A stretch of DNA of 64,000 nt from positions 5,180-69,179 of the forward strand of contig CAYNIY010000003.1 in the NCBI GenBank assembly GCA_964397525.1. Reading direction: 5' to 3'. Under the pieces are notes generated by a model. It saw only the letters and a program-made list of their open reading frames with translations, searched no databases and was not told the DNA's origin. The translations under genes and the position numbers were made by a program. How positions within the stretch are numbered: position 1 is the first letter of the stretch; the number at the start of each line of letters is the position of its first letter. Shown here piece by piece: positions 19,768-29,248 of the stretch. The stretch comes from an uncultured Eubacteriales bacterium (GTDB lineage Bacteria > Bacillota > Desulfotomaculia > Desulfotomaculales > Pelotomaculaceae).

Positions 19768-21315
19768 TTGAGGTGGTTTACATTGGCCCCGGGTAACTTC
19801 TTTGCCAGGTTAGAAGAGCGATGGCTGGCTCTGAATCCAACCAGAAAATTTTTTGCAGCCCTGGTGATAGCCGGGGTCGTTGTTTCATTGTTTTTCCTTG
19901 GCCAGATGGCGTTCAAATATTCCTATGAGCCCTTGTTAACCGGGCTTGATCCAATAGACGCCGGTGTCATTGCAGAAGAACTTAAAGCCATGAATATTCC
20001 ATACCGATTAACCGATCAAGGAAAAACTATCAGAGTACCGAAAACCCAGGTTTACGAGACGAGAGTCCAGTTGGCAAGCAGTGGAGCGCTCGGCGGCAGT
20101 ATGGGTTTTGAACTTTTTAACCAGGACAAGATCGGCCGTACTGACTTTGAGTTGCAGGTAGATTATCAAAGGGCGCTCCAGGAGGAATTGAGAAGGACCT
20201 TAATCCAGATGGAAGGTATTCAGCAGGCCAGGGTACACCTGGTAATACCGCAAAAAAACGTTATTGTAAATGATAATCAGGGTACAACATCAGCTTCCAT
20301 AGCTCTAAAGCTTGAAACTGCAGCTGAATTGAAACCTGAACAACTTCAGGGCATTTGTGATATTCTTGTCGGCAGCCTGGAGGGGCTGAAACCGGAAAAC
20401 ATACATATAATAGACACTGAAGGCAACATCTTAAGTGACAGCCTGAATATCAATGATCCACAAAACATTGTTACCACAAGGACCGCCCTCGATCAGCAAA
20501 AAGCCCGTAGATTATATGAAAAAGAGCTTGAAAAAAGGGTACAGCAGATGCTTGTCTCAATCCTGGGCCAGAATAAAGCTGTAGCGATGGTCACAGCAGA
20601 TATTGACTTTAATCAAAAACAGATAACCAGCACAACTTCTACCAATCCTCAAAATCTTAAAACCAGTGAGCATTTCACAAAGGAAAGCGGGTCGGGGAGT
20701 GAAACCTGGGAAGCACCAGACACAGATCCCAAAGCTGCGGCTGATCAACCTCCCATTGGCAGCGGCACATCAAGCTATTACAAGGAAGATAGTGAAATAA
20801 AGTATCAGGTGGACACTAAGGAGGAAACCCTGATCAATGCGCCCGGAAGTATCATTCGGCTGTCTGCTTCTGTGGTAGTCAATGAATCTGATGGTGTTTT
20901 GGATACCCAGAAGGTGAAAGACGTTGTTGCAGCAGCCATTGGATTCAACCAGAACCGTGGAGATCAGATAAATGTCTCCAGCATGGTTTTTGACGACACC
21001 TACCAGAAAAAGGTCGAGGACGAAATGGCGCTGCTTGAAACAAAAGCCTCAGCAAAAGAACGATTCAACACTTACATCCGGATTGGGAGTCTGGCGTCAG
21101 CTGCATTCCTGGTCTTAATCCTATCAACAATTATTTGGCGGCGCAGTGCGCTGCGTGTTGATACCATTGACAGGAATGGTTTTGTTCCAGTAAAAGATAT
21201 TGAAGCGGGAGAATTTACTGTCTACAGGAATGATAAACAGCAGAGAATCAGAGATATGGCCAAAGAAAAACCTGAAGAAATAGCCGAACTTTTAAAAGTA
21301 TGGATCAAAGATTAA
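19768..21315 (+). CDS. fliF: flagellar MS-ring protein FliF
   Basis: Two TM segments, GFELFNQ, YQRALQEELRRT, ARVHLVIP, C-terminal AKEKPEEIAELLKVWI; true start may be TTG 19783. Confidence 0.93.
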   Translation: MRWFTLAPGNFFARLEERWLALNPTRKFFAALVIAGVVVSLFFLGQMAFKYSYEPLLTGLDPIDAGVIAEELKAMNIPYRLTDQGKTIRVPKTQVYETRVQLASSGALGGSMGFELFNQDKIGRTDFELQVDYQRALQEELRRTLIQMEGIQQARVHLVIPQKNVIVNDNQGTTSASIALKLETAAELKPEQLQGICDILVGSLEGLKPENIHIIDTEGNILSDSLNINDPQNIVTTRTALDQQKARRLYEKELEKRVQQMLVSILGQNKAVAMVTADIDFNQKQITSTTSTNPQNLKTSEHFTKESGSGSETWEAPDTDPKAAADQPPIGSGTSSYYKEDSEIKYQVDTKEETLINAPGSIIRLSASVVVNESDGVLDTQKVKDVVAAAIGFNQNRGDQINVSSMVFDDTYQKKVEDEMALLETKASAKERFNTYIRIGSLASAAFLVLILSTIIWRRSALRVDTIDRNGFVPVKDIEAGEFTVYRNDKQQRIRDMAKEKPEEIAELLKVWIKD

Positions 21316-21321
21316 GGGGGT

Positions 21322-22338
21322 TTGGCATTGCAGCGAAAAAAGCTTACAGGCGTTCAGAAAGCAGCAATCCTGCTAATAGCATTAGGATCCGACCTGTCTT
21401 CCCGGGTGTTGAAACTGGACTTTGATCAGGATGACATAGAGTTGCTCACCCAAGAGATATCCAATTTGGCTGAAATTCCGTCTGAGGTCAGAAACGCGGT
21501 TATTGACGAGTTTATAGAACTGCAGAAAACGAGGGATTACCTTTCTCATGGAGGTTTAAGCTACGCGAAAGAAGTTCTGGAAAAGGTTGTTGGCCATCAG
21601 AAAACTGCAGAAATACTGAACAAGCTTAATATTGATATGAAAGACAAACCATTCAGTTCGCTTCGCAAAATTGACGCCAAACAAATTTATAACTTTATAT
21701 ATGAAGAGCACCCGCAGACAATTGCTTTAATACTTGCTCACCTCACACCTGAGCAGGCAGCAATTATACTGGGCATGATGCCGCCAGAACAGCAGAGTGA
21801 AATTTCCAGGAGGATAGCAATCTTAGATCGTTTCACCCCTGACATTGTAAGGGATGTCGAAAGTTTGTTGGAAACAAAACTATCAGCGGTGGTGCATCAG
21901 GAGCAAACTATGGTGGGCGGTGTGCAGTTTTTGGTTGATGTCCTCAATAAGGTTGGCAGAAGCACTGAGAAGGTTATAATGGATGGACTTGAGAAAGAGG
22001 ACATGGAGCTGGCGGAAGAAGTATATGGAAGTATGTTTGTGTTTGAAGACCTTGTTAAATTGCCGGACAGCTTTGTCCAGAGGATGCTGAAAGAGGTTGA
22101 TTCAAATGATCTAACGCTGGCTATGCGGGGCGCTGATCAGGAAGTGAATGCCAGGATTTACAAAAATATGTCCAAGCGGGCTGCTGAAATGATTAAGGAA
22201 GAAATTGAATTTATAGGCCCAGTAAAGCTGAAAGAGGTTGAAAAAGCACAGCGTAAAATTGCAGCTATCATCCGAAAGCTGGATGATAGTGGTGAAATCG
22301 CGAAATTTCGTGGTAGTGGTGATGCCATCACGGCTTGA
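21322..22338 (+). CDS. fliG: flagellar motor switch protein FliG
   Basis: TGVQKAAILL, EHPQTIA, GGVQ linker, MFVFEDL, NMSKRAAEMIKEE. Confidence 0.96.
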   Translation: MALQRKKLTGVQKAAILLIALGSDLSSRVLKLDFDQDDIELLTQEISNLAEIPSEVRNAVIDEFIELQKTRDYLSHGGLSYAKEVLEKVVGHQKTAEILNKLNIDMKDKPFSSLRKIDAKQIYNFIYEEHPQTIALILAHLTPEQAAIILGMMPPEQQSEISRRIAILDRFTPDIVRDVESLLETKLSAVVHQEQTMVGGVQFLVDVLNKVGRSTEKVIMDGLEKEDMELAEEVYGSMFVFEDLVKLPDSFVQRMLKEVDSNDLTLAMRGADQEVNARIYKNMSKRAAEMIKEEIEFIGPVKLKEVEKAQRKIAAIIRKLDDSGEIAKFRGSGDAITA

Positions 22339-22467
22339 AATAATTTCAAACGCTGGTATGTATGATTTAATGATAGTATAACAGTATCGGAGCTCCATCA
22401 TAGCTTTCCAAATAATTATAGTTTACTATGGCAATAAAGGACTAAAATCTAGAGAGGGGTAAAGGCT

Positions 22468-22848
22468 GTGTTGACAGAAGATGAAATTAGATCCTTCCTG
22501 ACCGGGGGTAATGCCGGCGCAGCTGCTATAAAAAAAGCAAAGTTTCCCTCTCTGGAACCGGTAAAAGCGGTCAATATGGCCTCATCCAACATGTCCCACC
22601 TGGAAGATGTCCAGATCGAAATTAGTGTGGAACTTGGTCAAGCCAGCATTAAAATTAAAGACGTGCTTGGCCTTGCCAGGGGTTCTGTGATCAAGCTGAA
22701 TAAAACAGCAGGTGATGAAATGGATGTGGTTATGAACGGCCAGCATTTCGCAAAAGGTGAGGTCGTTGTGAACAAAGATTCTTTCGGTTTAAGGATCGCC
22801 TCAATCAACCCTGCTCATCATTTAAAACTGACCGATGGAATAACTTAA
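22468..22848 (+). CDS. fliN: flagellar motor switch protein FliN
   Basis: SpoA domain ISVELGQA...GSVIKLNKTAGDEMDVVMNG...GEVVV...FGLRI. Confidence 0.9.
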   Translation: MLTEDEIRSFLTGGNAGAAAIKKAKFPSLEPVKAVNMASSNMSHLEDVQIEISVELGQASIKIKDVLGLARGSVIKLNKTAGDEMDVVMNGQHFAKGEVVVNKDSFGLRIASINPAHHLKLTDGIT

Positions 22849-22984
22849 GCAGTTCAGGTCCCAGCCCGGGATGCAGGGGCTAAAAATTTTGCGGGAATTG
22901 CTGGTTTGGTCTGGATTAACAGGAATAACTAATCTTTTTCAGAATAAGTATAGTATTATTAATAAGTTAGCAGGGTGAACCCTG

Positions 22985-23062
22985 CCGAACCAGGTAATTT
23001 CTCCCTCCGCGAGATAGTAAATAACTGATGTCGAGGCCTTAGGGACGGTGTTGCTTGATTGA
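22985..23062 (+). pseudogene. flhA: 3' remnant of flhA
   Basis: Frameshifted LPNQVIS-LREIV-N-DVEALGTVLLD* whose TGA overlaps the flhF TTG start, the usual flhA-flhF junction. Confidence 0.6.
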
Positions 23063-24366
23063 AAATAAAACGTTATTTAGTTAGAGAAATGCAGGAAGCT
23101 ATTCGGCTTATCAAACAGGACCTTGGTTCCGATGCAGTAATTGTAAGCAGTTATAAGGTCTCTGCCAAGGGTTTGATTGGTCTTTTTTCGCCGCGTCTAC
23201 TTGAAGTTACCGCTGTCCTGGATGACAATCCTGAAATTCAATTAAGTGTCGGTTGCCCGCCTGCACAAATGGCTGTAACAGAAGGCGAAAGCCGCGGAAG
23301 AGAAATTGGCCCTGCGAATGAAATGGCCGGGCTGCTATCAGAAAACAAAAAATTTAAGCATACCAGGCCCAGGAATGTATACGCCAACGCCAATAGTAAT
23401 GCTGACCAAAGCAGTACAAGGTATTTACCCCATGAATTAAAGAAGAAATTGACTACAGATAAAGCTGCCAACTGGTCAGTTATTGAAGACATGGACGAGC
23501 CTGAAAAAGATGAGAAGCATATTTTTGAAACATCAACAACAGGCAAAATAAAAGTCGGATCAAACGGTGATCCAGGCCCCAATTGGAGAAAGACGCTTCT
23601 TAATATGGATATCGGTGAAGATATTGTTGAACAACTGTTGTCAACTGCAGAATGTATTCAGGATCAACCTGAATCAAAAGCACAATTTGCTTATTTTTCC
23701 CTGTTAAAACAAATAACAAATCTTCTTGAGCCAGCATACCAATTAAAGGATCGTCCCAGGATATTAACTTTTATGGGCCCTCCAGGCGGGGGTAAAACAA
23801 CAACACTAATCAAGCTTGCCACCCGTTTCAAAGTATTTGAAAACAAAAGGATAGCCCTGGTGGGAGTAAGCAACTACCGAATCGGTGGTGATGACCAGCT
23901 GCATGCTTACGGCAAATTCCTGGATGTGTCGGTTGATGTGGTGATGACGCCTGCCGAACTTGTTAAGGCGCTGGATGATCATGTTGATAAAGATTTAATA
24001 TTAATTGACACCTATGGCCGTTCACCCTGGAATACAGGGAAAGTGTTGGAACTAAAGAGCTTTTTAAATGTGCTGGATGAACCTCACGAGGATTATTTAG
24101 TGCTCAACGCCTCTTCAAAGAACAGGGATCTGGTGAAAACAGCCAGTGAATTTAACAGAGTTGGTTTTACAAAAATAGTCTTTACCCGGATTGACGAGAC
24201 TGAAACGCACGGTTCAATATTGAACCTGGTTTACAATACCGGCGTACCAGTGGCTTATCTGGCCGGGGGCCAGAAAATACCTGATGACATCAGTGAAGCG
24301 AGCCCGAAGATAATTGCAAAATTATTATTTAAGGGGGTTGACCCCGATGAAATTATGGCAACCTAG
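23059..24366 (+). CDS. flhF: SRP-family GTPase FlhF
   Basis: MKIKRYLV..MQEAIRLIKQDLGSDAVI N-terminus; GPPGGGKTTT, DTYGRSP, TRIDET. Confidence 0.93.
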   Translation: MKIKRYLVREMQEAIRLIKQDLGSDAVIVSSYKVSAKGLIGLFSPRLLEVTAVLDDNPEIQLSVGCPPAQMAVTEGESRGREIGPANEMAGLLSENKKFKHTRPRNVYANANSNADQSSTRYLPHELKKKLTTDKAANWSVIEDMDEPEKDEKHIFETSTTGKIKVGSNGDPGPNWRKTLLNMDIGEDIVEQLLSTAECIQDQPESKAQFAYFSLLKQITNLLEPAYQLKDRPRILTFMGPPGGGKTTTLIKLATRFKVFENKRIALVGVSNYRIGGDDQLHAYGKFLDVSVDVVMTPAELVKALDDHVDKDLILIDTYGRSPWNTGKVLELKSFLNVLDEPHEDYLVLNASSKNRDLVKTASEFNRVGFTKIVFTRIDETETHGSILNLVYNTGVPVAYLAGGQKIPDDISEASPKIIAKLLFKGVDPDEIMAT

Positions 24367-25213
24367 GACGGGTCAGAGTTATTATCATAACAGCATTTTG
24401 AAAAACGAAAGCTGCTTATGGGGGCCCAAAGCCATAGCGGTGGCAAGCGGTAAGGGTGGAGTTGGCAAAACATCAATTACGGTCAATTTGGCCCTTTGCC
24501 TGGCCCAGAAAGGCAACCAGGTGACCATTTTTGACGCGGATCTTGGTTTGGCTAATGCTGAGGTGCTGCTTGGGATAATACCGCCATACAGTCTTTTTGA
24601 AGTGCTTTACGGGGGTATGACACTGGAAGATATCGCAGTTCAGGGGCCCTGCGGCATCAGGGTGATTTCCGGGGGGTCCGGTTTTCTGGAGATGGCTAAC
24701 CTGGATCGAACACGTCGCCAGCAGCTCCTCAGGATGTTTAACCAGTTTGTAAGTAAGGATGAAATTGTTCTTATCGATACCAGCGCTGGAATAAATAAAA
24801 ATGTTCTTGGTTTTGTAGCTGCCGCCGAGGAAGTCATTATTGTTGTCACACCGGAGCCAACATCGCTTACAGATGCCTATGCTTTGATCAAAATATTAGC
24901 CAACTTCAAACTTCATTCGGAGGTCAATGTAATAGTTAACCGTGCTGTTGACAGGCAAGAGGCCATGCGCACACTCAGCAGGATATCTACAGCAGCCGGC
25001 CGTTTTCTCGACATAAAAATTAATTTTTTAGGCTGGGTTCCGGAAGACAAATCAGTATCCCAGGCTGTGAAGAACCAGCAGCCATATTTTTTAACAAACA
25101 AAAATTCGCCGGCTTCCCGCAGCATTGCCGGGATTGCTGAATACCTTGTTGGAGATGACCATATAGCCCCAAGAGAAGGATTTTGGACCAAGCTGATGGG
25201 TTTATTCAGCTAG
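24347..25213 (+). CDS. flhG: MinD-like ATPase FlhG/FleN
   Basis: SGKGGVGKTS, DADLGLAN, PEPTSLTDAYALIK; follows flhF. Confidence 0.93.
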   Translation: MKLWQPRTGQSYYHNSILKNESCLWGPKAIAVASGKGGVGKTSITVNLALCLAQKGNQVTIFDADLGLANAEVLLGIIPPYSLFEVLYGGMTLEDIAVQGPCGIRVISGGSGFLEMANLDRTRRQQLLRMFNQFVSKDEIVLIDTSAGINKNVLGFVAAAEEVIIVVTPEPTSLTDAYALIKILANFKLHSEVNVIVNRAVDRQEAMRTLSRISTAAGRFLDIKINFLGWVPEDKSVSQAVKNQQPYFLTNKNSPASRSIAGIAEYLVGDDHIAPREGFWTKLMGLFS

Positions 25214-25296
25214 GGTGGTATGTTTGACGAAGATGTCCGGTGTTCAAATAATATAGGTGATGAGTGTAACTTAAATTATTCAAGGGGTGTGAATGA

Positions 25297-26052
25297 ATGG
25301 CTGTCACCGATGAGATTTGGCGGAGTTATCGCCAGTCCAGGGACGCGGAGCTTAAAAATGAAATTGTTTTAGCTCACCTGCCCCTTGTTAAATATCTCGC
25401 CGGTCGGCTGGCGGTGAAACTGCCTTCATTTATTGGGCAGGAAGACCTGGAAAGCTATGGTGTTTTTGGTCTAATGGAAGCCGTGGATAAATTTGATCCT
25501 GATCTGGGTGTGAGTTTTAAGGCTTATGCCTACAACAGGATACGCGGGGCAATGATTGATGAGATAAGAAAGCTTAACTGGATTCCCCGCACATTGTGGC
25601 AAAAAATTCAGCTCCTGAATGCAACCAAGGAAAAATTGCAAAAAGAGCTCGGGGAGCAGATCAGTTACGAAGTATTGGCTGGTGCTATGGGAATAACAAT
25701 ATCAGAGCTGTATAAACTGGAAGGGCAGGTTAACCTTCTTTCCCTGTCATCTCTGGATGAAACAATATCTCTGGCAGATGGTGAAAGAGTGAGGTGGGGG
25801 GATATGATTCGAGATCCCGACAGCCCTGATCCTTTGGATATTGTAGAGAGTGATGAAAGCAAGCGTCTTTTGATAAAAGCCATAGAGGATCTTCCGGATA
25901 AAGACAGAACTGTCCTTGCTCTTTACTACCAGGAAGAACTGACATTAAAGGAAATTGGCAAGGTCCTTAACGTTTCCGAGTCGAGGGTTTGTCAATTACA
26001 TACAAGGGCTTTAAACAGGTTGAGGGGTAAACTGGAACAGGCAGCTTATTGA
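25297..26052 (+). CDS. fliA: RNA polymerase sigma28 (FliA/SigD/WhiG family)
   Basis: DLESYGVFGLMEAVDKFD, RIRGAMIDEIR, LTLKEIGKVLNVSESRVCQLH. Confidence 0.95.
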   Translation: MAVTDEIWRSYRQSRDAELKNEIVLAHLPLVKYLAGRLAVKLPSFIGQEDLESYGVFGLMEAVDKFDPDLGVSFKAYAYNRIRGAMIDEIRKLNWIPRTLWQKIQLLNATKEKLQKELGEQISYEVLAGAMGITISELYKLEGQVNLLSLSSLDETISLADGERVRWGDMIRDPDSPDPLDIVESDESKRLLIKAIEDLPDKDRTVLALYYQEELTLKEIGKVLNVSESRVCQLHTRALNRLRGKLEQAAY

Positions 26053-26100
26053 GATACAGCTAGGGTAAAACGATAAAATAGAATTAGGGCTGATTGAATT

Positions 26101-27090
26101 ATGGATAAAATATCTCCCAAAGAAATAAATGCCTTGCTGGATGCCATGTCAACCAGTGAGATCAAAATGAATGAGCTGCAGAAATCACTGCAACCTGCAG
26201 AATGCGAGCTCTATGACTTCCGGCACCCTGATAAGTTCACCAAGGAACAACTTTGTGCGCTGGAGGTTATGCACAGCGGATTTACACGACTTCTTTCCAG
26301 TTATTTATCTGGCTACCTGCGCTGTAATATACAAATTGAGGTTGCTTCCATTGTTCAATTGACATATGAAGACTTTATACATTCTGTTCCCAATCCTGCG
26401 GTGCTGACATTATTTTCTATAAATCCTTTAAAAGGAACGGCGATAGCCCAGTTAGATCCGGTGTTTCTTTTTCCAGTGATAGATCTGTTTTTTGGCGGAA
26501 GTGGAGTAACCCCCAAAAGCATTCGCGATTTGACTGATATCGAACTCTCAGTCACCAGAAAACTAATGACAAAAATTTTGGATAACCTTGCCTTGGCCTG
26601 GAAAGACATTATCCGGTTTGTACCAGTTGTTGATTCTGTAGAGACCAATCCTGATCGGATACAGGTTTATTCTTTAAATGAAACAGTTGCTTTGGTTTCC
26701 TTAACTGCTGGAGTTGGGGCATCGGCAAAAGGATTTATTAACCTGTGTCTGCCATACAACTTGCTTGAGCCGGTGGTGTCTAGGCTTACTCTGCAAAGAC
26801 GCTGCGGGCCCCGAATATCTGAGAGCAACGAGGCGGATAAAAGGAAGCTGCAGCAGTGGCTCGAAATGCCGGCTGTGGAGCTTACAGTCCTGGCAGGCCA
26901 AACATTGATGCAGGTGAACGATTTTCTTCAATTACAGGAAGGGGACGTATTGCTGCTGGATAGAAGGGTGGATCAGGATATGGACTTGTATGTTGATGAA
27001 CAAATGATATGCAAAGTTAAGGCTGGTTATATGGGCAGCCAGCTTGCTGTTCAAATCACTGCGCTTGTGGAGGGCGAAAAAGATGGCTAG
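26101..27090 (+). CDS. fliM: flagellar motor switch protein FliM
   Basis: ISPKEINALL, YDFRHPDKF, GFINLCLPY, C-terminal SpoA domain. Confidence 0.93.
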   Translation: MDKISPKEINALLDAMSTSEIKMNELQKSLQPAECELYDFRHPDKFTKEQLCALEVMHSGFTRLLSSYLSGYLRCNIQIEVASIVQLTYEDFIHSVPNPAVLTLFSINPLKGTAIAQLDPVFLFPVIDLFFGGSGVTPKSIRDLTDIELSVTRKLMTKILDNLALAWKDIIRFVPVVDSVETNPDRIQVYSLNETVALVSLTAGVGASAKGFINLCLPYNLLEPVVSRLTLQRRCGPRISESNEADKRKLQQWLEMPAVELTVLAGQTLMQVNDFLQLQEGDVLLLDRRVDQDMDLYVDEQMICKVKAGYMGSQLAVQITALVEGEKDG

Positions 27091-28378
27091 GCTATTAAAA
27101 CAGGAAGAGATTGACGCTCTCCTGCACACGCAAAACCATGAACTTGTCCTGCCGGAAGAGGCGGAAGCAGGCACATTAGGGGAGCAGGCCCAAAAGAAAA
27201 AAGCGGCAAAAAAAACTCGCGCAGAGCAGATAATTGAACCAAGTACAAAAATAGTTGAGGTGCAACCTGACTTCGCCGGAGATTTTTTAACTGAAGATGA
27301 AATGGACTCCCTGGGCGAAGTCGGCAATATGTACATGGGTTCGGCGGCAGCTGCACTTTCCACGCTTTTCAACCAAAATGTGAAATTCACAGAGCCGAGA
27401 TTAACCATATCAACTTTGGAAGACCTATTAAACGGTTTTCTAACGCCGCATATGGTCGTTTTTATGCGTTTCACCGAAGGGCTATCAGGTTTCAACATGC
27501 TGATTATGAAAATAAAAGACGTTAATGTATTAGCCGATTTGATGATGGGCGGAAAAGGTATAAATGTACCGGTAGAAGCAAATGAGATTAGTACAATTGC
27601 AGCGGTTAAGGCTTTAAAAAAGATGATCAGCACTGCATCTACCTCAATGGCTGCAATGTTAAACCGTATGGTTAAAATTTCTCCGCCTGAGATAAAAGTT
27701 TGTAACAGCGTTGATGATATTAAATTTACATCATTTAGCCCGGGAGATCCAATGGTTGTTGTCCGATATAAGATGACAATTGGGGATATACTGGACACAC
27801 AAATTATGAGGGTCATGGGTTTTGATACAGCGAAAGAAGAAGCAGGACTTTTCCTCAGCAGATTAATGGGCCAGGGCAAAGAACTGCCTGCGCCAGCGGC
27901 AGAAGAAACAATTGGTGAAGACCTGACCTTAGCTGCAGATGAACAAGCCGCCTCGATTGATCTTGATCATATCAATATGGAAGACAAAACGGAGCCTGCT
28001 GCATCAGTTAATCAGGTCAGACAGCATGAAGTATCAGCTGTGGTGAAGCCGGAGCAAGTCCCTGCTTTGTTTGAGCTGCCTTCAAAAGCAGAACCCGCTG
28101 ATTATGGTTATGACCAGCAGCGCCTGGAGCTGATACTTGATATACCTTTAAAGATTACAGTCCTGCTGGGGCGAACCAGATTACCGATTAAAGATATATT
28201 GGGCCTGGCTCCGGGATCTGTTATTGAGATGCAGAGTCTGGTTGATGAACCGGTGGAAATTCTGGTTAACGGGACACTGGTGGCTACCGGTGAAATTGTT
28301 GTAGTGCATGATAATTATGGTGTCAGAATATCCAATATCATCACACCCAGGGAAAGGCTGCAGAACCTGGGAACTTGA
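27083..28378 (+). CDS. fliY: flagellar switch protein FliY (CheC-like + FliN domain)
   Basis: LLKQEEIDALL, DSLGEVGNMYMGSAAAALS, LILDIPLKITVLLGRT...YGVRI. Confidence 0.88.
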   Translation: MARLLKQEEIDALLHTQNHELVLPEEAEAGTLGEQAQKKKAAKKTRAEQIIEPSTKIVEVQPDFAGDFLTEDEMDSLGEVGNMYMGSAAAALSTLFNQNVKFTEPRLTISTLEDLLNGFLTPHMVVFMRFTEGLSGFNMLIMKIKDVNVLADLMMGGKGINVPVEANEISTIAAVKALKKMISTASTSMAAMLNRMVKISPPEIKVCNSVDDIKFTSFSPGDPMVVVRYKMTIGDILDTQIMRVMGFDTAKEEAGLFLSRLMGQGKELPAPAAEETIGEDLTLAADEQAASIDLDHINMEDKTEPAASVNQVRQHEVSAVVKPEQVPALFELPSKAEPADYGYDQQRLELILDIPLKITVLLGRTRLPIKDILGLAPGSVIEMQSLVDEPVEILVNGTLVATGEIVVVHDNYGVRISNIITPRERLQNLGT

Positions 28379-28384
28379 ATACTC

Positions 28385-28411
28385 AAAAAAAGCCCTTCAA
28401 GGGCTTTTTTT
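28385..28411 (+). terminator. intrinsic terminator ending the fli operon
   Basis: AAAAAAAGCCC-ttcaa-GGGCTTTTTTT. Confidence 0.85.
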
Positions 28412-28464
28412 AAACCTTATATACATTTAGCATGATTGGATCAAGGGCTTAGAGGGGGAGAAAA

Positions 28465-29208
28465 TTGAAGATCTATGCCATCGGGGATGTCCACCTGTCT
28501 TTTCGCAAGCAAGCTAACCCTAATTGTTGGGACAGTGCGGAAATTTATAAGCCAATGGAATTGTTCGGTGAAAAATGGCGGGAGCATTACCGCAAGATAT
28601 ATAAGAACTGGATGGATACAGTAGAAACCGGTGATTTAGTCCTGATGCCCGGCGATATTTCTTGGGCTTTAAAACTTAATCAGGCAAAGTTTGACCTTGA
28701 TTTTCTCGGCTTGCTGCCAGGGACAATATTATGTGTAGCCGGCAATCATGATTACTGGTGGCAGAGTCTTACACAGGTCAGGGCTGTCCTTCCCCCTAAT
28801 ATTAAGGTTATTCAGAACGACTGCATACAATGCGGCGATCTCGCCGTTTGCGGATCCAGGGGGTGGTGGTGCCCTGGCTCCGAGCGCTTTAAAACAGAAG
28901 ATTTAAAGATATACCGCAGGGAATTATTGCGGATGGAGAATTCGCTGCAGGGGGTTGTATCGAGAAAGTTAGAAGATATAATTGTATTAATTCATTTCAT
29001 GCCTACAAATGAGTTTCATCAAAAAAATGAATTCATTGAGCTGTTTCAAAAATACGGGGTAAATACTGTGATTTATAGCCACCTTCATGGATCAGCAGCG
29101 CGCCTGCGCCTTCCCGACAGCGTCTGGGGCATTAATTTTTATCTTGTAAGTGCTGATTATGTTGACTTTACCCCGTTTGCGATCGAGACATTAAAACGCA
29201 GCTATTAA
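28465..29208 (+). CDS. calcineurin-like metallophosphoesterase
   Basis: GDVHLS, PGDISW, GNHDYW, YSHLHG. Confidence 0.9.
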   Translation: MKIYAIGDVHLSFRKQANPNCWDSAEIYKPMELFGEKWREHYRKIYKNWMDTVETGDLVLMPGDISWALKLNQAKFDLDFLGLLPGTILCVAGNHDYWWQSLTQVRAVLPPNIKVIQNDCIQCGDLAVCGSRGWWCPGSERFKTEDLKIYRRELLRMENSLQGVVSRKLEDIIVLIHFMPTNEFHQKNEFIELFQKYGVNTVIYSHLHGSAARLRLPDSVWGINFYLVSADYVDFTPFAIETLKRSY

Positions 29209-29248
29209 GTAAATTGCTTTGAATAAACTGGCAAAGGATGAACATTCA

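Noticed and set aside
22850-22960. fliO remnant after fliN
   Set aside because: Only a vague RELLVW similarity; not supportable
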